From: an uncultured virus (IMG/VR IMGVR_UViG_3300017814_000143)
Lineage: Duplodnaviria; Heunggongvirae; Uroviricota; Caudoviricetes
DNA length: 64,000 nt
Strand: one strand, 5' to 3'
Virus record (IMG/VR): IMGVR_UViG_3300017814_000143
Positions 55,750 through 64,000 of the stretch are shown here, piece after piece; the stretch's first letter is position 1; each line of letters starts with the position of its first letter. Under the pieces are notes generated by a model. The model saw only the letters and a program-made list of their open reading frames with translations, was not told the origin of the DNA and did not search any database. A program made the position numbers and the translations under genes.

Positions 55750-57114
55750 ATGGCCACGGACGCCTTCGACTCGCTAGCGGAGACGCTGGTTCGCGGGTCC
55801 GAGCAGAGCTACGTCGAGTACCTCACCGAACGGTTCCTCGACATGCTCGACGAGGCCGTGACGAACCCCGACCGCCTCCAGGTGCTCGCGTCACGCTCCA
55901 GGACGGCCGCCATGGCCGCGTGGGACCGCTTCAGGGGCAAGGTGACCAAGGAGACGCAGGACGCCTTCACGGAGGCGATGCGGGGCGAGGACGAGCACCT
56001 CGTCTCGTCGCTCGCCAGGGCGTACGGCTACGACCACACCCTCACGACGAGGGCCAACAACGAGATGAACGAGGCGGCACGCGGCATGTCTGAGGTCATG
56101 CGCCGGCAGAACGTGGCGCTCGCCGACGACATGACCGATGCCTGGTACCGGGTCACGTCCGACGCCGTCACCGGCACGGAGATGGGCAAGAGCTACCGTG
56201 ACGTCATGGAGGACGCCGTCTCACGCCTGTCGGACGCCGGGCTCGAGACCATCGACTACCGCTCTGGCGTGAGGACGACGATCGACGCGGCCACGCGCAG
56301 GCACGTCGTCTCGCAGGCCAACCAGGCGAGGGGCGACCTGCTCATGAGGCGGTGCGACGAGTGGGGCTGCGACCTCGTCATGGTGTCGGCGCACTTCGGG
56401 GCGCGCCCGAGCCATGCCGTGTGGCAGGGAAGGGTCTACTCACGCTCGGGAAGGGACCCGAAGTACCCGTCGCTCGACTACGGCACCGGATACCACGGCA
56501 CCGGCCCGCACGCCGCCCTGGGCGACAGGCTCTGCGGCGTGAACTGCTTGCACAGCCTCTCACCATGGGTGGAGGGCTACAGCCAGCTCCCCTCGACCGA
56601 CTTCTCGGAGCAGGAGGAGCGTGTCGGCATGACGAGCGACGAGTACTACGCCGCGAGGCAGAAGCAGCGCGGCATGGAGCGCCAGGTCCGCCAGTTCAAG
56701 CGCAGGGTCGCGCTCGGACAGGAGCGCGGTCTCGACATGACCGCCGACAGGTACCGCCTGGGACGCGCACAGGCCAGCCTGAGGGGGCATTGCAAGCAGT
56801 ACGGGCTGACGCGCGACTACGAGCGCGAGCGGGCCTACGCGGTCGCAGAGCAGCCGAGGGGGCTGGGCAGGGTGGCGTTCAGCGTCGGGACCCACGCGCA
56901 GACGAGGATGGCGGAGCGCGGGATCACGGACACCCAGATCGCACAGGCGCTCAACGACCCGCTGCACGAGCTCTCCGTGACCACCGACGAGAGAGGCCAC
57001 GCCAAGAAGGTGATAGGCCACGAGGTGACCGTGGTGATCAACCCGGACACGGGTAAGATAGTCACGACGTACCCGACCGGGAAGAAGGCAAGGAGGAGGT
57101 ATGGCGCTGAGTAA
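55750..57114 (+). CDS. Minor capsid (MuF-like) protein with C-terminal DUF4258-like toxin domain
   Basis: VSAHFGARPSHAVWQGRVY, GVNCLH; tail HAQTRMAERGIT...GKIVTTYP. Confidence 0.82.
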   Translation: MATDAFDSLAETLVRGSEQSYVEYLTERFLDMLDEAVTNPDRLQVLASRSRTAAMAAWDRFRGKVTKETQDAFTEAMRGEDEHLVSSLARAYGYDHTLTTRANNEMNEAARGMSEVMRRQNVALADDMTDAWYRVTSDAVTGTEMGKSYRDVMEDAVSRLSDAGLETIDYRSGVRTTIDAATRRHVVSQANQARGDLLMRRCDEWGCDLVMVSAHFGARPSHAVWQGRVYSRSGRDPKYPSLDYGTGYHGTGPHAALGDRLCGVNCLHSLSPWVEGYSQLPSTDFSEQEERVGMTSDEYYAARQKQRGMERQVRQFKRRVALGQERGLDMTADRYRLGRAQASLRGHCKQYGLTRDYERERAYAVAEQPRGLGRVAFSVGTHAQTRMAERGITDTQIAQALNDPLHELSVTTDERGHAKKVIGHEVTVVINPDTGKIVTTYPTGKKARRRYGAE

Positions 57115-57310
57115 GGAGCAGACAGCCCTCCTCAGGAAGCTTGGTCTCGCGACCGACTTCTCGACTGGCATGACGAACGAGCAGTACTTCAGGATCGACG
57201 ACGTCATGAGCGACGAGATGATGAGGCATGGGATCAACTCGACCGGTGACGGGCTCAACGACTACGGCGAGCTCTGTCGCAGCATCATCGTCTCCCTGCC
57301 GGACGACTAG
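57101..57310 (+). CDS. Small acidic protein, putative immunity protein
   Basis: Overlaps toxin-domain gene; AGGAGG RBS. Confidence 0.6.
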   Translation: MALSKEQTALLRKLGLATDFSTGMTNEQYFRIDDVMSDEMMRHGINSTGDGLNDYGELCRSIIVSLPDD

Positions 57311-57335
57311 CCCATAGCCACACGACGCACCACCC

Positions 57336-57364
57336 GAGGCCCTCGCGAGAGGGTCTCTTCCTTT
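57336..57364 (+). terminator. Hairpin after putative immunity gene
   Basis: GAGGCCCTC-GCGA-GAGGGTCTC followed by TTCCTTT. Confidence 0.6.
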
Positions 57365-57437
57365 GCTGCGTTACCGGGGCGCGACCCTCCTATCGTCGGG
57401 GCATCCCTGCCCCGACATGCCGAAGAGGAGGTACGAA

Positions 57438-57980
57438 ATGCCAGGTGCTGCATCAACCGAGGGCGAGGACGGCAAGCCCCAGGACCCCAAGGCCGGCGAG
57501 GGAGCGAGTCCCCAGGACCCGGAGCAGGACCCGAAGCCCCAGGAGGGCGCGGACGGCGAGGGCGGCAAGCCCCAGGACCCGGACACGCACGAGGGCGACG
57601 CGGTCAACCGCCACCAGTACGACCGTGACATCGAGCGCAGGGACAAGGAGATCGCGGAGCTAAGGGAGCAGGTCAAGGCCCAGAACGACGCCAAGGCCGC
57701 CTCGGGTGACGCAACCGCCAAGCTGCGCCAGGAGCTCGACGAGTTCAAGGCGCAGCTCGCGAGCGAGAAGGCCAACACGGCCCTCACCGCGGCAGGCTGC
57801 ATCGACCTCGAGCTAGGGTGCGAGGCGCTTGCCAAGTTCGACGGCGACGTGGCAAAGCTCGCGGAGGCAAAGCCGTACCTCTTCGGGGACAAGGACAGGA
57901 CCATCCGATCGACAGGCGGGAAGCCTGCCGGAAGCGCCACCGGGCCCGCGAAGAGCATCCGCGACGCGCTCAGGGGCTAG
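57438..57980 (+). CDS. Capsid scaffolding protein
   Basis: Low-complexity N-terminus, coiled coil, KPYLF; precedes capsid gene. Confidence 0.8.
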   Translation: MPGAASTEGEDGKPQDPKAGEGASPQDPEQDPKPQEGADGEGGKPQDPDTHEGDAVNRHQYDRDIERRDKEIAELREQVKAQNDAKAASGDATAKLRQELDEFKAQLASEKANTALTAAGCIDLELGCEALAKFDGDVAKLAEAKPYLFGDKDRTIRSTGGKPAGSATGPAKSIRDALRG

Positions 57981-57992
57981 AAAGGAAGACAA

Positions 57993-58886
57993 ATGGCAAC
58001 CACACTCGCGGACCTCGCCGCCAACTCCCAGGACAAGCTCGTCCAGGGGTTCGTGAACGAGATCATCACCGACGACTACCTGCTCGGCGCGATGACGTTC
58101 GACGACTGCATGACGCCGAGCGGCACGTCCGACCTGACCTACACCTACAAGCGCGTGAAGACCCCCATGACGGCCGCGTTCCGCGCCCTCGAGAGCGAGC
58201 CCGCCAAGACCGAGGTGTCCATCGAGAAGGTCACCACCAACGTCGGCATCCTCGCGGACGCCTGGCAGATGGACCGCGTCGAGAGGGACGCCGCCGAGGA
58301 CCTCTACGAGCTCAAGCTCGAGGAGTCCAAGAACGCCATCGTCCGTGCGTTCGACGCGCAGGTCGTGTCCGGCAAGAAGGGCACCAACGCCTTCGACGGC
58401 CTGGCGACCATCCTCTCGGGCACGTCCACCGAGGCGACCTCGGCAGTGGACCTCTCCACCCTCGACCAGGCCAAGTCCCTCGACTTCGCCGACGAGCTCG
58501 GGAACATGCTGTCCGTCCTCATGCGCACGCCCGACGTGCTGCTCGTGAGCAGCACCATGAAGGCCAAGCTCGACTCCATCGCCCGCCGCATCGGCATCGG
58601 CACCGCCACCGTAGAGACCGCGGGCGGCACCATCACCACCTGGGACGGCATCCCCCTGCAGCCCCTCAAGGACGGCGCGCTCACGACCAACGACATCTAC
58701 GCCGTCTGCCTCGGGCTCGACGCCTTCCACGGCATCACGCTCAAGGGCGGCTCCGCCATCACCGTCACGCTCCCCGACTGGACCGCACCCGGCGCCGTCA
58801 AGTCCGGCGACTGCGAGTTCGTGTGCGGCTGCGCCCTCAAGGCCACCAAGGCCGCAGGCGTGCTGCACCCGAAGGCCGCGGCATAG
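57993..58886 (+). CDS. Major capsid protein
   Basis: Position and size; NAFDGL. Confidence 0.88.
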   Translation: MATTLADLAANSQDKLVQGFVNEIITDDYLLGAMTFDDCMTPSGTSDLTYTYKRVKTPMTAAFRALESEPAKTEVSIEKVTTNVGILADAWQMDRVERDAAEDLYELKLEESKNAIVRAFDAQVVSGKKGTNAFDGLATILSGTSTEATSAVDLSTLDQAKSLDFADELGNMLSVLMRTPDVLLVSSTMKAKLDSIARRIGIGTATVETAGGTITTWDGIPLQPLKDGALTTNDIYAVCLGLDAFHGITLKGGSAITVTLPDWTAPGAVKSGDCEFVCGCALKATKAAGVLHPKAAA

Positions 58887-58890
58887 CGCC

Positions 58891-59235
58891 ATGGCGGCAC
58901 CGGAGCTGACATACGCCGACTACGCGGACGACGCCTACCGCGGCAAGCTCGGGGAGGTCGCCTTCGCGGACGCCCTCCCCGTCGCGCGCGCACGTCTCGT
59001 GGCCATGACGGGCGAGGACGTGCCGGACAGGTGCTCCGCCGCGTGGTGCCTGGCGCTATGCGCCATGGTCGACCACGTGACCGGGGCCGACGGCAGCCAC
59101 GACGGCCTCAAGAGCCAGACCATAGGCGGCACGTCGAAGACGTGGACGGACGCCCAGGCGGCATCCGGAGACGTCGACGCGGTCATGCCATGGCTCGCGG
59201 GCACGGGACTGCTCTACTGCGGGCTAGGGTGCTGA
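58891..59235 (+). CDS. Head-tail adaptor
   Basis: Position; KSQTIGG, WLAGTGLLY. Confidence 0.7.
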   Translation: MAAPELTYADYADDAYRGKLGEVAFADALPVARARLVAMTGEDVPDRCSAAWCLALCAMVDHVTGADGSHDGLKSQTIGGTSKTWTDAQAASGDVDAVMPWLAGTGLLYCGLGC

Positions 59236-59236
59236 C

Positions 59237-59551
59237 ATGGCCATCGAACGTGACACCGTCACCATCTGGCACGACGCGGGCACGCCGAAGAAGGCCGAGT
59301 GGCATCGCACCATCGTGACCAACGTGCGCGTCGACTGGTCCGCCGGGAGCGTCCCCGGCTCCGTGGGGGCCACCACCCAGAACCAGATGACTGCCTACCT
59401 GTGGTCGCAGCCGACGATCGCCGCGGGGGACCGCATCATGGTCGGCCCGTCGTCCGAGGCGGAGCCGCCCATGGCGGCGATGCGCGTGTCACGGGTGCAG
59501 CCATGGACCGACGACGGCCGCTTCGAGCACATGGAGGTGACGGCGCGGTGA
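59237..59551 (+). CDS. Head closure/neck protein
   Basis: Position; C-terminal HMEV. Confidence 0.65.
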   Translation: MAIERDTVTIWHDAGTPKKAEWHRTIVTNVRVDWSAGSVPGSVGATTQNQMTAYLWSQPTIAAGDRIMVGPSSEAEPPMAAMRVSRVQPWTDDGRFEHMEVTAR

Positions 59552-59907
59552 GGATATCCCTTAAGGGCATCAACCTCGGCAGCGTGCTCCCCGACGAGCG
59601 CAGGAACCTCAACGCGGCACTCGGGACCGTCGCCGAGAACGCCCTCGCGGACTGCGAGCGGTTCGTGCCGTACGACACCGGGGCCCTGCACAGGTCCGGG
59701 CGTGCCGTGCTGTCCGACGGCAAGGCCACGCTCGAGTGGGGCGGGACCGAGGACACGAGCCGCTACGCACGCAGGCAGTACTACGACGGCTCCCTGCACC
59801 ACACGACCGCGGGTACGTGCTCCCACTGGGCCGTCGCGGCCGCAGCCGTGCGCGGCACCGCCTGGGCGGCCATGTTCAGGAAGGCGCTCAAGGGAGGCAG
59901 CAGATGA
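59548..59907 (+). CDS. Neck/tail completion protein
   Basis: FVPYDTGALHRS, YARRQYY. Confidence 0.75.
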   Translation: MRISLKGINLGSVLPDERRNLNAALGTVAENALADCERFVPYDTGALHRSGRAVLSDGKATLEWGGTEDTSRYARRQYYDGSLHHTTAGTCSHWAVAAAAVRGTAWAAMFRKALKGGSR

Positions 59908-60311
59908 CGGACCTCACGCCATGCGTCGAGGAATGGCTCGGGGGGATCCTCTCCCCCATCCCCGTGGCGCTCGGGGAGTTCAGCGCCATCATCGAGGTCT
60001 CAGCCCAGATCCAGCCGGCGCCAACCCAGGCCGTCGTGAGGAGCTACCTCAGCGGCGGCGGGGTCTACCAGTACGGCTACGAGCTCTACCTGCGCTGCAG
60101 GCCGAGCGATGAGCGCGGGCGCGTGGACGCGATCTCGGAGCTCGCGATCGTGGCCGACGCCATCGACCGCAGGAGTTACCCGGAGGCACCCGAGGGCGTC
60201 ATCTGGTACTCGCACGAGGTCACGGCGCGGCCGAACAAGTTCAGCACCAACGAGGACGGCACCGAGGACTACCAGATGATCGCCGTCCTCACCTACATCG
60301 AGAGGAGCTAG
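59904..60311 (+). CDS. Tail terminator-like protein
   Basis: Position before major tail gene. Confidence 0.6.
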   Translation: MTDLTPCVEEWLGGILSPIPVALGEFSAIIEVSAQIQPAPTQAVVRSYLSGGGVYQYGYELYLRCRPSDERGRVDAISELAIVADAIDRRSYPEAPEGVIWYSHEVTARPNKFSTNEDGTEDYQMIAVLTYIERS

Positions 60312-60313
60312 AC

Positions 60314-60820
60314 ATGGCAGACGCAGTGCGCGCGCTCGTCGGCGCGTGGGAGATCCAGCACTACCTGAGCTTCGCCGGCACGGACGGGACGTACGGAGAC
60401 CCTCTCCGCGCCACGGAGACGACCAAGGCCGACGTCAAGAGGGACGACGACGAGTACAAGCCCAAGTACCTCGACCGAAGGACGATGCCCAAGTACGTCA
60501 TGGGCTCGACCACGACGATCGGGCTCGAGCTCGACGCGCTCTTGCCGGGCGACATCCAGTCGAAGCTCGCGGAGCACGAGGATGACGTGAACGTCCCCGT
60601 CCAGTACATGAGGACGCTCAACTACGACCTCACGACCGGCGCGAGGTGCGCCGCCACGGCGCTCGTGGCCAAGCGCGCGACCGCCACGCTCACGTCCGAC
60701 CCGATCACCGGCGACTCCGGCGAGCCCATCAAGCTCTCTGGCACCGTCACCATCACCGGGGACTGGGAGTACGGCACCTATGACACCACGACCAAGAAGT
60801 TCACGCCGAAGGCCGCGTAG
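60314..60820 (+). CDS. Major tail tube protein
   Basis: Position; Thr-rich; AGGAG RBS; hairpin follows at 60846-60871. Confidence 0.75.
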   Translation: MADAVRALVGAWEIQHYLSFAGTDGTYGDPLRATETTKADVKRDDDEYKPKYLDRRTMPKYVMGSTTTIGLELDALLPGDIQSKLAEHEDDVNVPVQYMRTLNYDLTTGARCAATALVAKRATATLTSDPITGDSGEPIKLSGTVTITGDWEYGTYDTTTKKFTPKAA

Positions 60821-60928
60821 CGCGGCGGACACGCATCGCCAGGCAGGGGGCCGTCCTTCGGGGCGGCCCCTCGCGTTATCCGTGGCCGACCATGTGCCCC
60901 ATCACAGGACATGGAATCGGAGGCTGGC

Positions 60929-61330
60929 ATGGCAGATACGACAGATACCAAGGCGCTCGCGCTCGAACTGACGGAGAGCCCGACGCTCGCCGTCACGGTG
61001 GGGGACAGGGTCCTGCACCTGGAACTCGGCAACTTCACCTACGTCATCGAGATTCGCAGGTGGATGGATGACGTCCGGGCCGAGGGGGGCGGCATCGAGG
61101 GTGACATGTCCAAGCTGCAGCGCGTGGCCGAGGACGGGCTCGCGATCGTGGCCGCGGCGTTCGTCGAGCCTGACGCGGCGGACGTGCTGCTCGGCGGTCG
61201 CAACCGCCTGAACCTCTCCCGCATCATCACCGTGCTCGGCTTCATCGCACGCCAGACCACGTCCGACGAGTCGATGGCCGTCGTGCAGGGGGCCATGGAC
61301 GCCTTCGCGGCTACGGGCGACGAGGACTAG
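60929..61330 (+). CDS. Tail assembly chaperone (start may be 60911)
   Basis: Position between tail tube and Gp15-like gene. Confidence 0.6.
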   Translation: MADTTDTKALALELTESPTLAVTVGDRVLHLELGNFTYVIEIRRWMDDVRAEGGGIEGDMSKLQRVAEDGLAIVAAAFVEPDAADVLLGGRNRLNLSRIITVLGFIARQTTSDESMAVVQGAMDAFAATGDED

Positions 61331-61333
61331 CGC

Positions 61334-61921
61334 ATGGACTGGCTCACGCGGGAGCCCCCGTCGGAGGTGGACGTTTGCGGCGAGGCCGTACCCATCCGCA
61401 CGGGGTGGCGCCGAGCGGTGAGGTCCTACGTCCTCATGGGAACGCGCTCGCGCATCCCCATTGGGGACTGCGACAAGCTGCTCTCGTCGTGGTTCTCGCG
61501 CGACGGGGTTGTGCCCCGTACCGTGCTGGGGCACCAACGCGAGGCACTCGACGCGGCACTCTCGTGGCGCGACGACGCGCTCGTCGAGGCGATGCCCTAC
61601 GGGGACGGGATGTCGCGCAGAGCGACCGTCCGCGTCTTCGACTGGGAGGCGGACTCCGGCATCGTCGTGGCCGACTTCCTGCGACTCTACGGCATCGACC
61701 TCACGGACCGCGCCACCCAGATGCACTGGTGGCGCTTCGCGCTTCTGTGGCGCGGTGCCGCGGCGAGCGAGTCGCTCGTGGCGTCGGCCATCTCGGCGCG
61801 CTCTCCCCTCGACGGGGACGTCGACAAGTGGTCGCGGAGGGCGCACGAGAGGCTCGCGGGGGCGTGGGCGTTACCGCCGACGCAGGCTGAGCTCGTCCAA
61901 CGGGCGAGGGAGGCGTGGTAG
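61334..61921 (+). CDS. A118 Gp15-like tail assembly protein
   Basis: PIRTGWR, FDWEAD, FLRLYGIDL, MHWWRF. Confidence 0.8.
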   Translation: MDWLTREPPSEVDVCGEAVPIRTGWRRAVRSYVLMGTRSRIPIGDCDKLLSSWFSRDGVVPRTVLGHQREALDAALSWRDDALVEAMPYGDGMSRRATVRVFDWEADSGIVVADFLRLYGIDLTDRATQMHWWRFALLWRGAAASESLVASAISARSPLDGDVDKWSRRAHERLAGAWALPPTQAELVQRAREAW

Positions 61922-61925
61922 GCGG

Positions 61926-63899
61926 ATGCCCAACATAGACACAGTCAACTTCGAGATAACCGCAGACGACTCCGACTTCAAGGAGAAGCTGGGCAATCTC
62001 GGCAACGAGGCGGAGAAGGCCACGGAGAGGGCCAGCAAGGGACTGTCGGGGATCGGGACGAAGCTCGGCGAGACCGAGGGACCCGTGACCAGACTGTTCT
62101 CCGGCATCACGGCGAAGGCCGCCGCCATGGCAGGAGTGGTGGGCGGGTTCGTCAGCACCCTCGCCACCAAGGCCATCGACGCCCTGGGGAACATCGCCTC
62201 GGAGGCCGTCACCGCATCGGACTCCACCGACAAGTTCAGGCAGACCCTGGACTTCGCGGGCGTCGACACCTCGACCATCGACGACCTCACGCAGAAGACC
62301 CAGGACTACGCGGACAAGACCGTCTACGGCCTCAGCGACATCCGGAACATCACGGCACAGCTGGCGTCGAACGACGTGCAGGGGCCCGAGCAGCTCGCCG
62401 AGGCCCTGGGCAACGTCAACGCGGCCGCCGGTGGCACGGCGGACACGTACTCCCTCCTCGGCCTCGTGCTCACGCAGACGAACTCGGCCACCAAGCTCAC
62501 CGGCGACAACTGGCGCCAGTTCTCCCAGGACGTCCCGGGCGCGGCAGGCCAGGTCAAGCAGGCACTCTCCGACATGGGCGCGTACACGGGCGACTTCGCC
62601 ACCGCGATGGAGAACGGCGAGATCAGCTCGGACGAGTTCAACCAGGCCATCATGAACCTCGGCATGACCGACGCGGCACAGCAGGCGGCGACCTCGACGC
62701 AGACCTTCGAGGGCTCCATGGGCCAGCTCCAGGCGTCGGTCGTGGGGGTTATGACGGACGGCCTCGACCTCATCAAGCCCGGGATGACGGGCTTCATCAA
62801 CTCGCTGTCGAGCGGCATCGACTGGATCAGGGGCGTGCTCTCGGGCGCGTCCGGCGCCGCATCGCCGTTCGTCAGCGCGCTCTCGTCGATAGATCAGGCG
62901 TTCATGTCGGGGCTGCAGCCGGCGCTCACGTCGGTGCAGCCCCTCCTCTCTCAGCTCATGCAGCAGCTCCAGACGTTCGCAGCCGTCGTGGGCCCTCCGC
63001 TGCAGCAGGTCTTCACGGCATTGCAGCCCATGGTGGCGGCGCTCGCAAACGTCATCGGCGCGGTGCTCGGCGGGGCGATAAACGTCGCCGTCGTGTGGGT
63101 TACCGAGCTGATGGAGGGGCTGAACGTCGTGGCCTCCGTCGTGATGCCGCTCGTGTCCGCGGCCGTACAGGTGCTCGCCCCGATCTTCACTGCGGTCTTC
63201 TCGGCCATCGCGTCGATCGTGACGGCGTGCACCGAGACGGTCTCTGCCGTGTGGACGGGGGTGCTGTCGTTCCTCTCCGGGGTCCCCGGTTCCATCGAGG
63301 GCTTCTTCTCGGGCGTCGGTGACGCCATCGTGGCCTTCTTCCAGCCGCTCGTGAGCGGGGTCACGGGGATAGGCGACTCCGTTGCGAGCTACATGAGTGG
63401 GGTCCCAGGGCGCATCACGTCCGCGTTCAGCGGGATCGGTGACACCATCGTCGACTTCTTCGCGTCCATCCCGGGAAAAATCGCCGACATGTTCGCGAAC
63501 ATCCACGTGCCGAGCCTGCACGTCGATGGATCGTTCAACCTCGACCCGCTCAACTTCTCCCTTCCGACCATCAGCTTCTACGCCAACGGCGCCTACGTCG
63601 ACTCCCCAACCATGGGCGTCTTCGGCGAGGCCGGCGGGGAGTACCTCGTCCCGCGCGACCCCACGTACATCGGCCAGCTCGCAGGCGACATCATAGGCAT
63701 GCTCGGTGGGATGGCGGCGTCCGGCAACGCCGGTGGCCCATCGTCACAGAGCGCGGACAAGTCCGTCGTGAACGCGATAGGACGGCTCGAGGCGAGGGTC
63801 GACGCCATGGCCGGCAGGATCGTCGACGCGGTGTCGGCGGACACGACCATGACGCTCGACCGTCGCGAGGTCGGACGCATCGTGAGGGGGCTGGCATAG
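61926..63899 (+). CDS. Tape measure protein (657 aa)
   Basis: YADKTVYGLSD tape-measure domain, amphipathic repeats, GEAGGEY. Confidence 0.9.
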   Translation: MPNIDTVNFEITADDSDFKEKLGNLGNEAEKATERASKGLSGIGTKLGETEGPVTRLFSGITAKAAAMAGVVGGFVSTLATKAIDALGNIASEAVTASDSTDKFRQTLDFAGVDTSTIDDLTQKTQDYADKTVYGLSDIRNITAQLASNDVQGPEQLAEALGNVNAAAGGTADTYSLLGLVLTQTNSATKLTGDNWRQFSQDVPGAAGQVKQALSDMGAYTGDFATAMENGEISSDEFNQAIMNLGMTDAAQQAATSTQTFEGSMGQLQASVVGVMTDGLDLIKPGMTGFINSLSSGIDWIRGVLSGASGAASPFVSALSSIDQAFMSGLQPALTSVQPLLSQLMQQLQTFAAVVGPPLQQVFTALQPMVAALANVIGAVLGGAINVAVVWVTELMEGLNVVASVVMPLVSAAVQVLAPIFTAVFSAIASIVTACTETVSAVWTGVLSFLSGVPGSIEGFFSGVGDAIVAFFQPLVSGVTGIGDSVASYMSGVPGRITSAFSGIGDTIVDFFASIPGKIADMFANIHVPSLHVDGSFNLDPLNFSLPTISFYANGAYVDSPTMGVFGEAGGEYLVPRDPTYIGQLAGDIIGMLGGMAASGNAGGPSSQSADKSVVNAIGRLEARVDAMAGRIVDAVSADTTMTLDRREVGRIVRGLA

Positions 63900-63905
63900 G
63901 TGGAC

Positions 63906-64000
63906 ATGACCCTGACCTACACGAACCACCTGGGAGACACAGTGACCCTCGGCGCGCCCGGCGGCCACGTCCACTACGGTGAGACCGACCTCTTCGGCCA
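63906..64000 (+). CDS. Distal tail protein, partial
   Basis: MTLTYTNHLG directly after tape measure; runs off window. Confidence 0.55.
   Translation, partial: MTLTYTNHLGDTVTLGAPGGHVHYGETDLFG

Larger units (their letters stand above)
36950..64000. mobile_element. Siphovirus-like prophage (continues beyond window)
   Basis: Order att-int-morons-cI/cro-replication-terminase-portal-head-tail. Confidence 0.95.

Noticed and set aside
57476..57581. CCCCAGGACCC repeats as a regulatory array
   Set aside because: They encode the PQDP low-complexity N-terminus of the scaffold protein.
61250..61340. Programmed frameshift between tail chaperone genes
   Set aside because: No slippery heptamer seen; the next gene has its own ATG 3 nt after the stop.

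Overview
This high-GC window (probably Actinomycetota, Coriobacteriia-like; inferred, not shown) is entirely accessory DNA with no housekeeping genes, in three blocks. (1) 1-12.3 kb is a minus-strand defence/biosynthesis island: a three-gene RM-like system, a Gabija-like pair, and an unusual operon of a 69-aa Cys-rich peptide ending GG-VIQY, a JAB/RadC-like metalloprotein and two ThiF/E1 adenylyltransferases with RRE-like N-termini. That operon is the best candidate for an undescribed RiPP or Ubl-like conjugation system. (2) 12.3-36.9 kb is an integrative mobilisable element starting at a tRNA-Val(GAC) 3' fragment (integrase, xis, VapE helicase, MobC, VirD4, relaxase, candidate ori/oriT), followed by cargo (SEC-C nuclease-like protein, type I RM, GmrSD, secreted proteins, XRE regulator). 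(3) 36.9-64 kb is the left part of a siphovirus-like prophage starting at a tRNA-Lys(TTT) 3' fragment: integrase, SIR2 moron, CI/Cro switch, recombination/replication genes, an apparent TerS-TerL fusion, portal, a minor capsid protein with a toxin-like C-terminus and putative immunity gene, head and tail genes. All calls come from reading motifs by eye; no database searches were run.
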